Below, one piece after another: positions 52,050 to 62,200 of a stretch of DNA of 64,000 nucleotides; the stretch's first letter is position 1; each line of letters starts with the position of its first letter. Location of the stretch: positions 1,984,001 to 2,048,000 of the forward strand of contig OZ250172.1 of the NCBI GenBank assembly GCA_965237905.1, given 5' to 3'. Position numbers and translations under genes: made by a program. The stretch comes from Nitrospinaceae bacterium (lineage in GTDB: Bacteria > Nitrospinota > Nitrospinia > Nitrospinales > Nitrospinaceae). The notes beneath the pieces are model-generated. The model had not been told where the DNA came from. It was given only the letters and a program-made list of their open reading frames with translations, and searched no databases.

Positions 52050-52577
52050 ATGGCAACAAAAAAGCTTTCCTCAGGAAGCCGACTCCCCGAATTCACCCTT
52101 TCGCTGGTTGGAAGTGGAACGGTTACTTTGGGAAAAACTCAGAAGAAGGGTAACTGGCAGTTGGTTTTCGTTTATCGAGGCCTGCATTGTCCGGTCTGCA
52201 AACAATATCTGACTAAACTGGAAAGCCTGAAAGACAAATTTCTTGCCACAGGCACAGAGCTTGTCGCTGTGTCCGGTGATTCTGAAGGCAAAGCTATGGC
52301 CATGGTGGAGTCTAATGGACTGTCATTTCCCGTTGCTTATGGGCTGTCTATCGAGCAGATGAAGGAATTGGGGCTTTATATTTCTCATCCACGTTCCCCG
52401 CAGGAAACGGACCGGCCTTTTGCTGAGCCTGGAATGTTCGCCGTGAATGCGGAAGGCAAAGTTCAGTTGATTGATATATCCAATACCCCGTTCAACCGAT
52501 CCGATTTGGGTGAGTTGGTCGAAACGGTAGAATGGATTCAGGAGAACGACTATCCGATCCGGGGAACTTATGAATAA
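52050..52577 (+). CDS. Peroxiredoxin-like (AhpC/TSA) protein
   Basis: [14 protein letters not shown] and YPIRGT motifs. Confidence 0.85.
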   Translation: MATKKLSSGSRLPEFTLSLVGSGTVTLGKTQKKGNWQLVFVYRGLHCPVCKQYLTKLESLKDKFLATGTELVAVSGDSEGKAMAMVESNGLSFPVAYGLSIEQMKELGLYISHPRSPQETDRPFAEPGMFAVNAEGKVQLIDISNTPFNRSDLGELVETVEWIQENDYPIRGTYE

Positions 52578-52618
52578 CTTCGCCGGGTAACAATATTTAA
52601 AAAAATAATGGTGGGAGT

Positions 52619-52999
52619 TCAGTCCAACTGCGGTTCTTTGATGTCCTTCACTACTTCCATCTGCTTGTTGAACAGTTTGGCGGAGAGAGCCCAGGAACCC
52701 CAGGAGATCAGAACGATGGTGGCGATGCCGATGCCCGCCCACAGGCCGACATTCCCGGATTCCCCCATCCCTCTTATAAAGATGAACATTCCCAAAGGCA
52801 GGGCCATGATGAATCCGAAGCAGGTGAGTAACATGGAGCTTCGGGCGTAGTACTTGGGCCGGACGTCGATATTGAGCTCGCTCAGGTATTTCTGGTTTTC
52901 CGGCATGGCGGCGTCGAGCAGTTCCACCTCGCCCTCGCATTTAGGGCAAAACTGGCCGCCCCAGAACGCGTTCTTGCACTGCAAACAAAATTTGACCAT
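52619..52999 (-). CDS. Zinc-ribbon + 2-TM membrane protein
   Basis: MVKFCLQC...FCPKC followed by two hydrophobic helices; the upstream extension in the ORF track overlaps the asparaginase gene and is rejected. Confidence 0.7.
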   Translation of the reverse strand: MVKFCLQCKNAFWGGQFCPKCEGEVELLDAAMPENQKYLSELNIDVRPKYYARSSMLLTCFGFIMALPLGMFIFIRGMGESGNVGLWAGIGIATIVLISWGSWALSAKLFNKQMEVVKDIKEPQLD

Positions 53000-53080
53000 A
53001 ATCTCGAATCCGGCAATGGAGTGATTGGATGGCGACATCATACCCCATCCAGCCATCAAGCCAAAGTGGAAAGGAAGAGC

Positions 53081-53863
53081 ATGCCCGGGAAACAACTCAT
53101 CATACTGGCCCACGGCGGAGCCGGGTCCGACAACGCCCACTCCGACGGTACCGACCGCGCCTGTCAAATCGGCCTGGAGTTGATGCAGGCTCGAACTCCC
53201 GTTCTGGAAGCGGCCTGCCGGACGGTGGCCATCCTGGAAGACGATCCCCGCTTCAACGCCGGAACGGGATCGCGCAAGCGCACTGACGGGTCGGTGCGAA
53301 TGGACGCCGCCTGCATGGACAGCCATCATCGCTTCGGGGCGGTTGCGGCGATTCAGCACATCAAAAATCCCATACACGTCGCCCGCGGTGTGGCGAACTC
53401 CGAGTACCGGTTATTGACCGGGGACGATGCGCATCAATACGCCGTCGAACTCGGATTCGAAAAAGTGGACATGACCCGGATTGAATCCAATGCGCCCGGC
53501 ACCGATACCGTGGGCGCCGTGGTGTTCGATGGCACACAGTTCGCCGCCGCGCTCAGCACCGGCGGCACCGGCGGGTCGCGTCCCGGCCGGGTAGGCGACG
53601 TGCCGCTCATCGGCTGTGGATTGTACGCCGGGGAACATGGCGTGGTGTGCGCGACCGGGCACGGCGAATCGATCACCCTCAACCTCACCGCTTACCGGAC
53701 CTACGAAATGCTGGGACGGGGCATCGCGCCGCAAGAGGCATTGAATACCGCGCTCGGCTGGTTTGAGGATTTGCAAGACATCGGCCTGTTGATCATCAGC
53801 CGCCAAGGTCACGTCGGCGGCTCCAACCGAAGCATGGCCTGGTCCACTCTCACGGGAGATTGA
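53081..53863 (+). CDS. iaaA: Isoaspartyl peptidase / plant-type L-asparaginase (Ntn hydrolase)
   Basis: HGGAG, FNAG.G, DTVGAV autocleavage site, STGG, GRVGD, TGHGE motifs. Confidence 0.9.
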   Translation: MPGKQLIILAHGGAGSDNAHSDGTDRACQIGLELMQARTPVLEAACRTVAILEDDPRFNAGTGSRKRTDGSVRMDAACMDSHHRFGAVAAIQHIKNPIHVARGVANSEYRLLTGDDAHQYAVELGFEKVDMTRIESNAPGTDTVGAVVFDGTQFAAALSTGGTGGSRPGRVGDVPLIGCGLYAGEHGVVCATGHGESITLNLTAYRTYEMLGRGIAPQEALNTALGWFEDLQDIGLLIISRQGHVGGSNRSMAWSTLTGD

Positions 53864-54070
53864 TGGTCGGAGCAGGAAAAATGGAATACGGAAATCAAAT
53901 GAAAATACGCAACTTACAGTTTTGGGTTCTAAAAAATTTTGGAATACCGATTGCGAGGTAGTATCCTGTAGTTGACAGGGAACCAAATAATGGTATCTTT
54001 AAGTAATTGAGTTTATTCGTGTTCGTCCCGTCCTTCCTCTTCGTTACTCAAATTTCGCCATTCAAATCTT

Positions 54071-54517
54071 ATGAACCACCTACTATCCCTGAATATCAGA
54101 CCTAACCTTGAGCCGGTTGCGCCATTCAAACGAATTGTGCTGATCGGGATCCTCTTCTTCATGATGACTGCCTGCGCCACTGGACCCAAGTTGGAAGGCT
54201 TGTGGGAAATTCAGGAGGAGGATAAATCCTATATAGCCACCCTCGACCAGCAGGGGAACGGCACCTATACCTGGGAAAATGGCACCATGAAGACGACTGA
54301 ATTTATCGACAGGAGATGGAAGGGCTCTTGGCATCAGACCGGCAATGATCGTGAAGGGGGTTTCGAGGTTCTGCTTTCCGAGGACGGGACTCAGGCCGAA
54401 GGAGTTTGGTGGTATCCCCGGATGGGAGATCATGACAACATTCCGCCGAAAAAATTTGGCGGGGATTATCTCTGGGTTCGCCAAACCCCAAAAGAGACTG
54501 TCCAGTTGGATAAATAG
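54071..54517 (+). CDS. Trp-rich beta-barrel-like lipoprotein
   Basis: Lipobox MTAC; G.W repeats. Confidence 0.7.
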   Translation: MNHLLSLNIRPNLEPVAPFKRIVLIGILFFMMTACATGPKLEGLWEIQEEDKSYIATLDQQGNGTYTWENGTMKTTEFIDRRWKGSWHQTGNDREGGFEVLLSEDGTQAEGVWWYPRMGDHDNIPPKKFGGDYLWVRQTPKETVQLDK

Positions 54518-54572
54518 CGTTTCAACCTTCATTACCGTTTCTATCTTAAGTTAAATTCCGTAAGGGAGAATT

Positions 54573-55569
54573 GTGAAACATTTAACCATCACCGCGTTAT
54601 TGATGCTCCTATGGATCGGCCCTGTTTTAGCCGGTGGAGGCCATCATCATGACCTGCCGACCCTGTCGGGCAAGGCGAAAACGGTTGTAACCGTCACCGA
54701 TCAAACCGTCACGATAACCTTCGGACCGATCGACCTGCCAGTAGGCCACTCCGGCGATCTGGCGGCGAGCATGCCCAAGCATACGTTTGAATTGCCGGAG
54801 GATATGTACATGGTGGGTTATAAAGCTGACGTGTTCCTGAAGGACGGCACACCACTGCCACAGCAATATCTCCACCACATTCTGATGATGGATAATAATA
54901 CGAAAAGCGTTTCGTGTCCGGGAGAACCCCTGTTCTTTGCCGGTGCCGGTATGGAAATGACTGAGGCCCGTTTTCCCAAAGGTTACGGCGTCAAGTTGGG
55001 GAAGGGTCACAAGCTGATGGCGCTGGTGGCCTTCTACCATAAAGTGCCCCCCACCAAGGATGTGATGGCCAGCTTCACCATGCAGATCGCTCCCAAAGGG
55101 TCCCGCGTGGAGCCGATGGATGTTTATCAGGTGGGTGTCAACATCGTCTGCTTCAGCAAGTTCGGCAAACGCGCCAAGGACGAAACCGATGAAGGCATGC
55201 TGATCCGTCCCGGTGTGGATGTGCGCACCGCTCCCCTGAAATTCAGCATGGATGGATGTACGAAATTCGCCTATCCCCCACGGCCATGATCAACTCCTGC
55301 TGATCGCGCTGGATAACAAAACCACCGGCAAAACCCTGCTCCGCACGGTTCCCGATGTTGCCCCGGACGGAGCCTTCAAGGCGTTTCAACAGCATCAGGT
55401 ATATCAGGATGCGGTCGGGTTCTCTGTCAACTCGCGCGACGAATACGAGATGACCATGGTGCACCATAAAGCCCACGATGATAAACGAGAGCAGTACGGC
55501 ATGGGCAATTATCTCATGTACATGACGCCCGGCCCCTGTCCGTCGGACCAGAGCGCCTCAGCCCGCTGA
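54573..55569 (+). pseudogene. Secreted PHM/DBH-like type-2 copper monooxygenase-fold protein, +1 frameshift in a C5 run at 55275-55279
   Basis: Removing one C fuses ORFs 54573-55289 and 55252-55569 into 331 aa with YLHH, YPHGH and GMGNYLMY motifs. Confidence 0.7.
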
Positions 55570-55590
55570 TCCCCGGTTGGATAGATAAAA

Positions 55591-56145
55591 TTAACTGCTT
55601 TTATTCGTTATAAAGGGTAAAAGGGTTTTCATTTCGTTCAGTTCTTCCAGCGTAAGTCCTATTTTCTCGTGATTATCCTTTAAAACATTAAAGAATTCTT
55701 TAAGCGTTGCCTTGTTTTCTAAAAGAAATAACTTAAAAAGCTTAGTCATGTAATCTTCCGCGAACTTCTCCCTTTGAGTTTTTTTGATGCCATGAGACAG
55801 AGTTTTTTCAACATGATGCCCGATTTCGTGATACAGGACCCGGGCTAAACCCAATTCTTTTAGTAAAAGCAATTTATTGAAAGTGTTTTTGTTTGAACCC
55901 GGGAAAATATTTTTTAAAGAAATTTCAATGCAAGCCTGATAGTTCTTCCATTTTCTTTTATAGACCCCCAATGCTCCCGTCCGGCGCGAATCTTTTTGGC
56001 TAGGAACATCTGTGATGGATATATGGGACAACTGGAGAAGATCTTTTCCCGGTACCGGGTTGAGTATTTTTTTGATTGAGGAGTGAATGTCAAAACCTAA
56101 GCGGGTCAGCTCCTCTTCGCCTTTATCGGTAACAATTATTTTCAT
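55591..56145 (-). CDS. Putative zinc metallopeptidase (HExxH), AT-rich
   Basis: VLYHEIGHH motif followed by E..A..Y. Confidence 0.65.
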   Translation of the reverse strand: MKIIVTDKGEEELTRLGFDIHSSIKKILNPVPGKDLLQLSHISITDVPSQKDSRRTGALGVYKRKWKNYQACIEISLKNIFPGSNKNTFNKLLLLKELGLARVLYHEIGHHVEKTLSHGIKKTQREKFAEDYMTKLFKLFLLENKATLKEFFNVLKDNHEKIGLTLEELNEMKTLLPFITNKSS

Positions 56146-56152
56146 ACTCTAA

Positions 56153-56992
56153 TTATACTACTGTGAGGGGGACTTGATCGGGGTCGAACAGGGTGGTGAT
56201 GTCGCTGAAGCGGATGCCGGCGAGTTCCAGGGTGATAGGTATTTGAGTGCTGTTATACACGAGATTCCACAATCCGTTGCCCAGTTCGGACAGATTGTCG
56301 ATGGTCTGGCTGAGCAAATCCTGCCGCAGAACGCCGAACAAGTCCAATCCTGTTACCGCCCACTTGATGTTGATCTCCAGGCACCGGTGATAAAACCCCA
56401 ACTCCAGTTGAATCGCGTTCAGATTTTTACGTAACGGATGCGCCTGCCGCGCCTCCGGGAATAGTGCTTGGAAATCTTTTTCAACCGATCGCGCCCGCCA
56501 TCCCGTCAACAGATATCCCACGCCCCGCCAGTCGAGCAGTCGCAGTTGTTGTACGTGGCTCGTCACCCGGTCGACCAGATCGCCGGTTATGAAGGGCGCC
56601 AGGCACAATTCGGAATGTTCCTTTTTTTTGAGTTCGTTCAATCCCGACAGGTCCTTGTACAGTTCCCGCAGGCAGGTGTTGAGGTGGGCGATGCTCACCG
56701 GGTCATCGGGTTGGCGCGTGTCCTTGAGCGAATGTTGAACCACGTCAAGGTTGCGGTCGGCCTCTTCCGTGTAATTGATCTCCGGCATATCCAGTAGAGA
56801 GTGGAATGCTTTCGGCGACAAGGCGGGATCGATGCCGGACTGGTCGATCAGCCATTGCCGTCCTTTGCGGATGCGGTGCACCTCGCGCAGGGTTGCGACC
56901 AGCAGGTCCAACGGCTCTCCTGACTGCTCGAACGGCGTCAGGTCGGTGCCATCACTCAGAATTTTTTTGAGAATACGTTTGGGGTCGCGCAT
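56153..56992 (-). CDS. Hypothetical protein
   Basis: 279 aa ORF with GGAG RBS; no recognised motif. Confidence 0.7.
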   Translation of the reverse strand: MRDPKRILKKILSDGTDLTPFEQSGEPLDLLVATLREVHRIRKGRQWLIDQSGIDPALSPKAFHSLLDMPEINYTEEADRNLDVVQHSLKDTRQPDDPVSIAHLNTCLRELYKDLSGLNELKKKEHSELCLAPFITGDLVDRVTSHVQQLRLLDWRGVGYLLTGWRARSVEKDFQALFPEARQAHPLRKNLNAIQLELGFYHRCLEINIKWAVTGLDLFGVLRQDLLSQTIDNLSELGNGLWNLVYNSTQIPITLELAGIRFSDITTLFDPDQVPLTVV

Positions 56993-57053
56993 ACGAAATT
57001 ACTCCGTGAGGCGTTTGACCTACGGATTTCAAAAGTCTATCGGATGGCAACGA

Positions 57054-57665
57054 TTATATACTACCTCGCTCGATGAGAACGGATAGATCGGGGGAAAGAT
57101 TCTTTCGCAGGATGCTCTGGATAGCCGCCAGCGTACCGGACTCTGCCTTCGAGCAACTGCCGCAGGCGCCCTGGTAACGGATACGCAGGACGCTGTTTTC
57201 GAAGTCCTCGACTAATATATTGCCACCGTCCGCCGCCAAGAGGGGCCGGATGTTTTCATCCATGTAGGCGTCAATGACTTCCGCCTTGACGGCGTCGCTG
57301 AACGTATCGAAATCTTTAAGGTCAATTTCGTCGAGGAGAGTGCTTTTCTTTTCGCCCGCTTCCTCCGCATTGTCGTAATAGACCAGTGATTCCTCGATGG
57401 TCTGGATGATGGGGTCGATCAGCAGTTCCCACTCTTCGGCGGAGACGAGGGTGACGGACACGAAGCGGTCCTGGATGAGCAGGGCGGAGACCACGCCGAA
57501 GCTGAACATCGTTTCGGCAAACGGGTCGCCTTCGGCCTCTATATCATCGTTGAAGGAACGTGAGCCGTGGGCGATCGCCTGGGTATTGAGGTTGAATTTC
57601 AAGGCCGCGGGATTGGGAGTCGGTTCCGTTGCCACGACCATGAACTTTCGTTTCTGAGCTTCCAT
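57054..57665 (-). CDS. NifU/Nfu-like Fe-S scaffold (Nfu N-terminal + NifU C-terminal domains)
   Basis: EPTPNP..LKF; IRP.L..DGG...GACGSC motifs. Confidence 0.88.
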   Translation of the reverse strand: MEAQKRKFMVVATEPTPNPAALKFNLNTQAIAHGSRSFNDDIEAEGDPFAETMFSFGVVSALLIQDRFVSVTLVSAEEWELLIDPIIQTIEESLVYYDNAEEAGEKKSTLLDEIDLKDFDTFSDAVKAEVIDAYMDENIRPLLAADGGNILVEDFENSVLRIRYQGACGSCSKAESGTLAAIQSILRKNLSPDLSVLIERGSI

Positions 57666-57908
57666 CAGTTTCCTTACAAGTATTTATTATATATAGAGTA
57701 GCCGATCCGGGGGTTTACGGGAAGGACCGGTTTTGAGGCGCTTCATACTTAGATGCAGGCTACCGCACAATGGATTCAAGCCCGCTAACCGCCGAGTTTG
57801 GATTTTCACTGAAAACCTGATACATTTCCTCAGTTAGCGTAACGCCCGGCGTAGCGCCGGAGCTAACCGGGCAACGCCCGGATGAAATTTGCTCCAGGCT
57901 GAGCCTGG

Positions 57909-58022
57909 CCTCCCCTTGGTAAGGGGAGGACTGAGGTGGGGTTAATAAAAACCTCCCCTTTTATCCCCTCCTTGGTAAGGAGGGGAATCATTACTGTCAT
58001 CCTGAGCCTGTCGAAGGGTGAC
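57909..58022. repeat. Cluster of REP-like palindromes upstream of tRNA-Leu
   Basis: Inverted pair CCTCCCCTTGGTAAGGGGAGG / CCCCTCCTTGGTAAGGAGGGG plus GTCATCCTGAGCCTGTCGAAGGGTGAC. Confidence 0.7.
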
Positions 58023-58060
58023 TTGGCTATCTATCTAAGGATTTCTTCAAGACATTGCGA

Positions 58061-58147
58061 GCGAGGGTGGCGGAACTGGTAGACGCCCAGGACTTAAAAT
58101 CCTGTGAGGGTAACCTCGTGCGGGTTCGATTCCCGCCCCTCGCACCA
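58061..58147 (+). tRNA. tRNA-Leu (UAA)
   Basis: GCGAGGGTGGCGGAACTGGTAGACGCCCAGGACTTAAAATCCTG...GGTTCGATTCCCGCCCCTCGCACCA; long variable arm, anticodon TAA. Confidence 0.97.
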
Positions 58148-58229
58148 AATAAATAAAGGGGTTAGAGCCTTGAAGCTTTAACCCCTTTTCTATTGATATC
58201 GCCTTATGTGTAATTCTTGTGTAATTGTG

Positions 58230-58847
58230 TCAGAAAAATAACCAAAAGATTAATAAAATAAAAGAATAAACAGCAAACACTCTTGGTAGATATAGTTCGA
58301 ATTTTTCTACATCAAGAACCAATTTAAGGGCAGATTTATTAAGGTTAGTCAATTCATTAAATAAACTAATGGCATATTCTCTATCTTTGATTTCTTGAAG
58401 TAGGCTTCGTATATTAATAGGATCATCTGGAGGTATCGGTGTATCTGGGGATCGTCCGGTAATATATTCATAGTCCTCTCGAAGCTTGGGGGTTTCATTT
58501 TTCAATAGATTAATTTTTCTAAGAACTATATCTTGATGTCGGATGTGTATTTCTTTGTCTCGTGATCTGTAAAATTCAAACATCCACCACCAATAAATTA
58601 TAAGAGATATTCCTAAAAGAGAGATATTGCTTTTGTTTGAGGCTTCATCGAGACTGAGTCCAAAGATCTTTACATTAGCTAAATCAAGCCCTAAAAAACC
58701 CACTGACAGAATTATAAAAGTTATAACCATTAGATTTCTTCTAGATTTCTTGAAATCTTGGGATTGATGATCGTATAGCAATTGGTGCAAAGATTTTGGA
58801 TCAAAAAGTTCCTTCTCAATCCTAGATGGTATCTCTGGCTCTTCCAT
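58230..58847 (-). CDS. AT-rich hypothetical membrane protein (island cargo)
   Basis: Two N-terminal TMs, soluble helical region, C-terminal TM; visibly low GC. Confidence 0.7.
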   Translation of the reverse strand: MEEPEIPSRIEKELFDPKSLHQLLYDHQSQDFKKSRRNLMVITFIILSVGFLGLDLANVKIFGLSLDEASNKSNISLLGISLIIYWWWMFEFYRSRDKEIHIRHQDIVLRKINLLKNETPKLREDYEYITGRSPDTPIPPDDPINIRSLLQEIKDREYAISLFNELTNLNKSALKLVLDVEKFELYLPRVFAVYSFILLIFWLFF

Positions 58848-58858
58848 TTATTCCCTCA

Positions 58859-59075
58859 TTAAATAACTTTATTAAGTCGACCTTGTAATTTATCCATTGC
58901 CGCTTGTATGTGTTCCCCATTTTGATGGCAATACCTTTCCACCATGATTAAGGTTTTATGCCCCGAAATCTGCTTAACTGTGGGCAGGTCAACCCCCGCC
59001 TAGACCAAGTAGTTATTATATGTGCCTCAAGGTATGAGGGGTAATCTGTTTCGGGTCCAGTTCTACTTTTTTCAC
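58859..59075 (-). pseudogene. Tyrosine recombinase/integrase C-terminal remnant
   Basis: LDPKQITPHTLRH / frameshift / LV*AGVDLPTVKQISGHKTLIMVERYCH: HxxR, SGH and catalytic Tyr are present, with an internal stop. Confidence 0.85.
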
Positions 59076-59259
59076 TCCAAATAAATATGGGGTTGAAGCC
59101 ACCAGGCTTTAACCCCACTTTTTTGTCTTGTCTTACGTATCATTGTGACGGAAAAACCCACCCCCAGGAAGAATTTCCACCGACAATTGCCATCCTTGCC
59201 GGACCCAATTCCTTTGTTATACTAAATCCAATACAAACCTTAACGAACCGGGAGCCTTT

Positions 59260-62200
59260 ATGAAGCGTTTTGGGGTGCTTTTCCTTTCATTGGCTTTTCT
59301 CTTTATTCTGCAGGGATTTTCGACCTTTCTTGTTGGAAGCACGAAAGCCGCACAACCGTTAAACATTTTAAGGGTCACTCCCAAAGGAAACGACGTCCCG
59401 GCGGGCCGCCAGATCGTCATCCAGTTCAACCGCGCCGTCGTCCCACTCGGCCGAATGGAGCGTAGAGCTGACGAGCTTCCCATCTCCGTCGTTCCAAAAC
59501 TCAACTGTCAGTGGCGATGGATCAATACCAGCGCTCTCGCCTGCCAGCTTGGCGAAAAAGACGCTCTGCAACCCGCGCACAAATACAGGATCACCATCAA
59601 CCCCGGCATCCAGGCAGAAGATGGCGCCACTATTCCCAAAACCTATCTTCACCAGTTCATCACCCAGCGACCACGAGTGACATATTCAAGGTTCAGCACT
59701 TGGAGAAGCCCCGGAACCCCCGTCATCCGCGTCACCTTTAACCAGCCGGTCTTTCAAACTTCCGTGGAACAGCACATCTATTTAATGACGGGCATCATAA
59801 TTACCGATCGGATTCCGATTCAAGCCGAGCCTGATCCCAACGACCGCACCGCGCCCCAAATCCTGCCGGTGCCCGGTGAATCCTATGCCCTGGATTTTGG
59901 CAAACCTCTCAAACAAAAAAGTGACGACCAATTAAAAAAGAGTCAAGGCGTCGAAGCCCGCCGCATCTGGCTGGTATTGCCCAAAAAGGAATTGCCCCTG
60001 AACACCAAGTTCAAATTGAAAGTCGAGCCGGGTTTGTTGTCCGCGGAGGGACCGGAAAAAGGCATCACCTCCCGCGACCTGCTCGAATTCTACACGTTCC
60101 CGGAATTAAAATTCCTCGGCGTGAGTTGTCAGACCAACAGCAAACGGGATATTCTGATTACCGGCGCTTTCTCCACACTTCCGCAGAAATGTAACCCTTT
60201 GGCGAGAGTGGCCCTGACGTTCAGCGCCCCGGTGCTGCCCTCCCAGGTTAAGAAACATATGAAATTGGTCCCCGATCTCGCAGGAGGCCGCACCGATTAT
60301 GACCCCTGGGCCAATGTTTATGAATACTCCCACCTCAATTCACCTCACCACGACGGCAGGACTTATAACGTTTATCTTCCCGAAAACCTGAAAGCCGCTC
60401 AGAAGTATTTTTTACGCATAAAGCCCGGCACCCTGCAGGGCGAGTTTGGCCGCATTTTGGAGAAACCGGTGCAAATGATATTCGCCACCGATCACCGTCA
60501 ACCCGACTACGACCTGATTCACCGGACCGCGGTTCTTGAAAAAAAGGAAAAGACCGAAGTGCCCCTGTACGTCACCAACATGAAAAGCGTGACCCTCAAT
60601 TACAAGCGGCTCACCCCTAAAGACCGCAGGACCCAGCTTTCCCTACAAGCCAAAATACCGGAAGCGGAAGATGTCGCATTTGGTATTCCTCTGGGTATCC
60701 GCGAAGCCCTGGGTGGCCAAACCGGTGCGCTCTACGGGAGACTCTCTTCCAATCCCCATGTCAAAAAATCCGATTATGAAAATGCCCTGTTCGCCCAGGT
60801 CACCCCCTACGCGGTTCATGTCAAGCTGGGGCACTTCAACTCACTGGTCTGGGTCACCGAGCTCGCCACCGGCAAACCCGTGCCCGGCGCCACGGTACAG
60901 ATTTATAAAAACCGCCTGATCGACCTGTCAAAGAATTCCAAAACGCTGGCACAGGGCACCACCGACAAACACGGCCTGGCGACCCTGGCGGGCACCAGGA
61001 CCATGGACCCCCAACTGGATACTTTTGGTTACGGTTGGTACAGCGATGACGTCGACCGCTTGTTCGTCCGCGTGGACAAGGGCGGGGACATGGCGTTGTT
61101 GCCGCTCGACGAATCACGGTTCTCCGTCAGCGCCTCCTCGGTGTCGGACTACGCGGTGTATTCCGTTCCGCAAAAGAAATACGGACACATAAAAACCTGG
61201 GGCACCACCGCGCAGGGCGTTTACAAGGCAGGTGACACCATCCAATACAAGCTGTATGTCCGCAATCAGGACAACCGCACGCTGGTCCCGCCGCCATTGA
61301 CAGGTTACCACCTGGAAATCAAAGATCCGACGGGTAAAAAGGTTCACGAGATTAAGGACGTCACTCTTTCCGAGTTTGGCGCTTACGACGGAGAATTCAC
61401 CGTCCCGAAAACCGGTGCGGTTGGATGGTACTGGTTCCGCCTGACCTCAAACTTTACGCATTTGAGCTGGAACCCCATGCGTGTGCTGGTGAGTGACTTT
61501 ACCCCGTCGCCTTTCCGCGTCACCAACGAACTGAACGGTAAATTGTTTCAACCGGGGCAACCCGTCACCGTCACTACCATGGCACGCATGCACGCCGGTG
61601 GACCTTACACCGACGCCTCCACCCGGGTGACAGCCCAGTTGAAGCAACAGGCCTTTGTTTCCAAACATCCTGTTGCCAAAGATTTTAATTTCAGAAAAGG
61701 GTACTCTTCCCATTATTCCACCAGTGTTTTCAATAAAACAGACAAGGTTGATGACAAGGGTAATCTTCTCAGCTCATTCGCAATCACCAACTCGAATATT
61801 TTGTACGGAACCCTGATGGTGGAAAGCGCCGTGCGTGACGACCGCGGCAAATACGTCGCCTCCTCCACCTCCGCAAAATTTATCGGGTTGGATCGGTTCG
61901 TCGGACTTAAAAATACCCACTGGCTCTATAAAGAAGACGAGCCCGCAAAAATCAATTACATAGTAGTCAACGAACGCGGTGTTCCCGTCGGCGGCACCAA
62001 GGTTGGCATCCAGATCGAACGCAGGGTCACCAAAGCGTCGCGCGTCAAGGGTGCGGGCAACGCCTATCTGACCCAGTTCACCGAAGAATGGGTTGCTGCC
62101 GGCCAGTGTTCCGGGTCACCGGGTGCCAAACCTTCCACCTGCCGGTTCACACCGAAGGAACCGGGCTCGTACCGCATGACTGCCAGCATCAAGGATACCG

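Larger units (their letters stand above)
58145..59120. mobile_element. Decayed integrative element at the tRNA-Leu 3' end
   Basis: Imperfect direct repeats CCAAATAAATA..GGGGTT..AGCC....GCTTTAACCCC at 58145 and 59077 enclose an AT-rich gene and an integrase fragment. Confidence 0.75.

Noticed and set aside
41322..55569. Vgb-like propeller as the PAL lyase partner of the PHM-like protein (peptide amidation)
   Set aside because: The genes are 12 kb apart with unrelated housekeeping genes between them, and nothing else links them
57783..57839. CGCTAAC...GTTAGCG inverted ends resembling an integron attC site
   Set aside because: Poor internal pairing, imperfect R-box consensus, single copy, no cassette array or IntI
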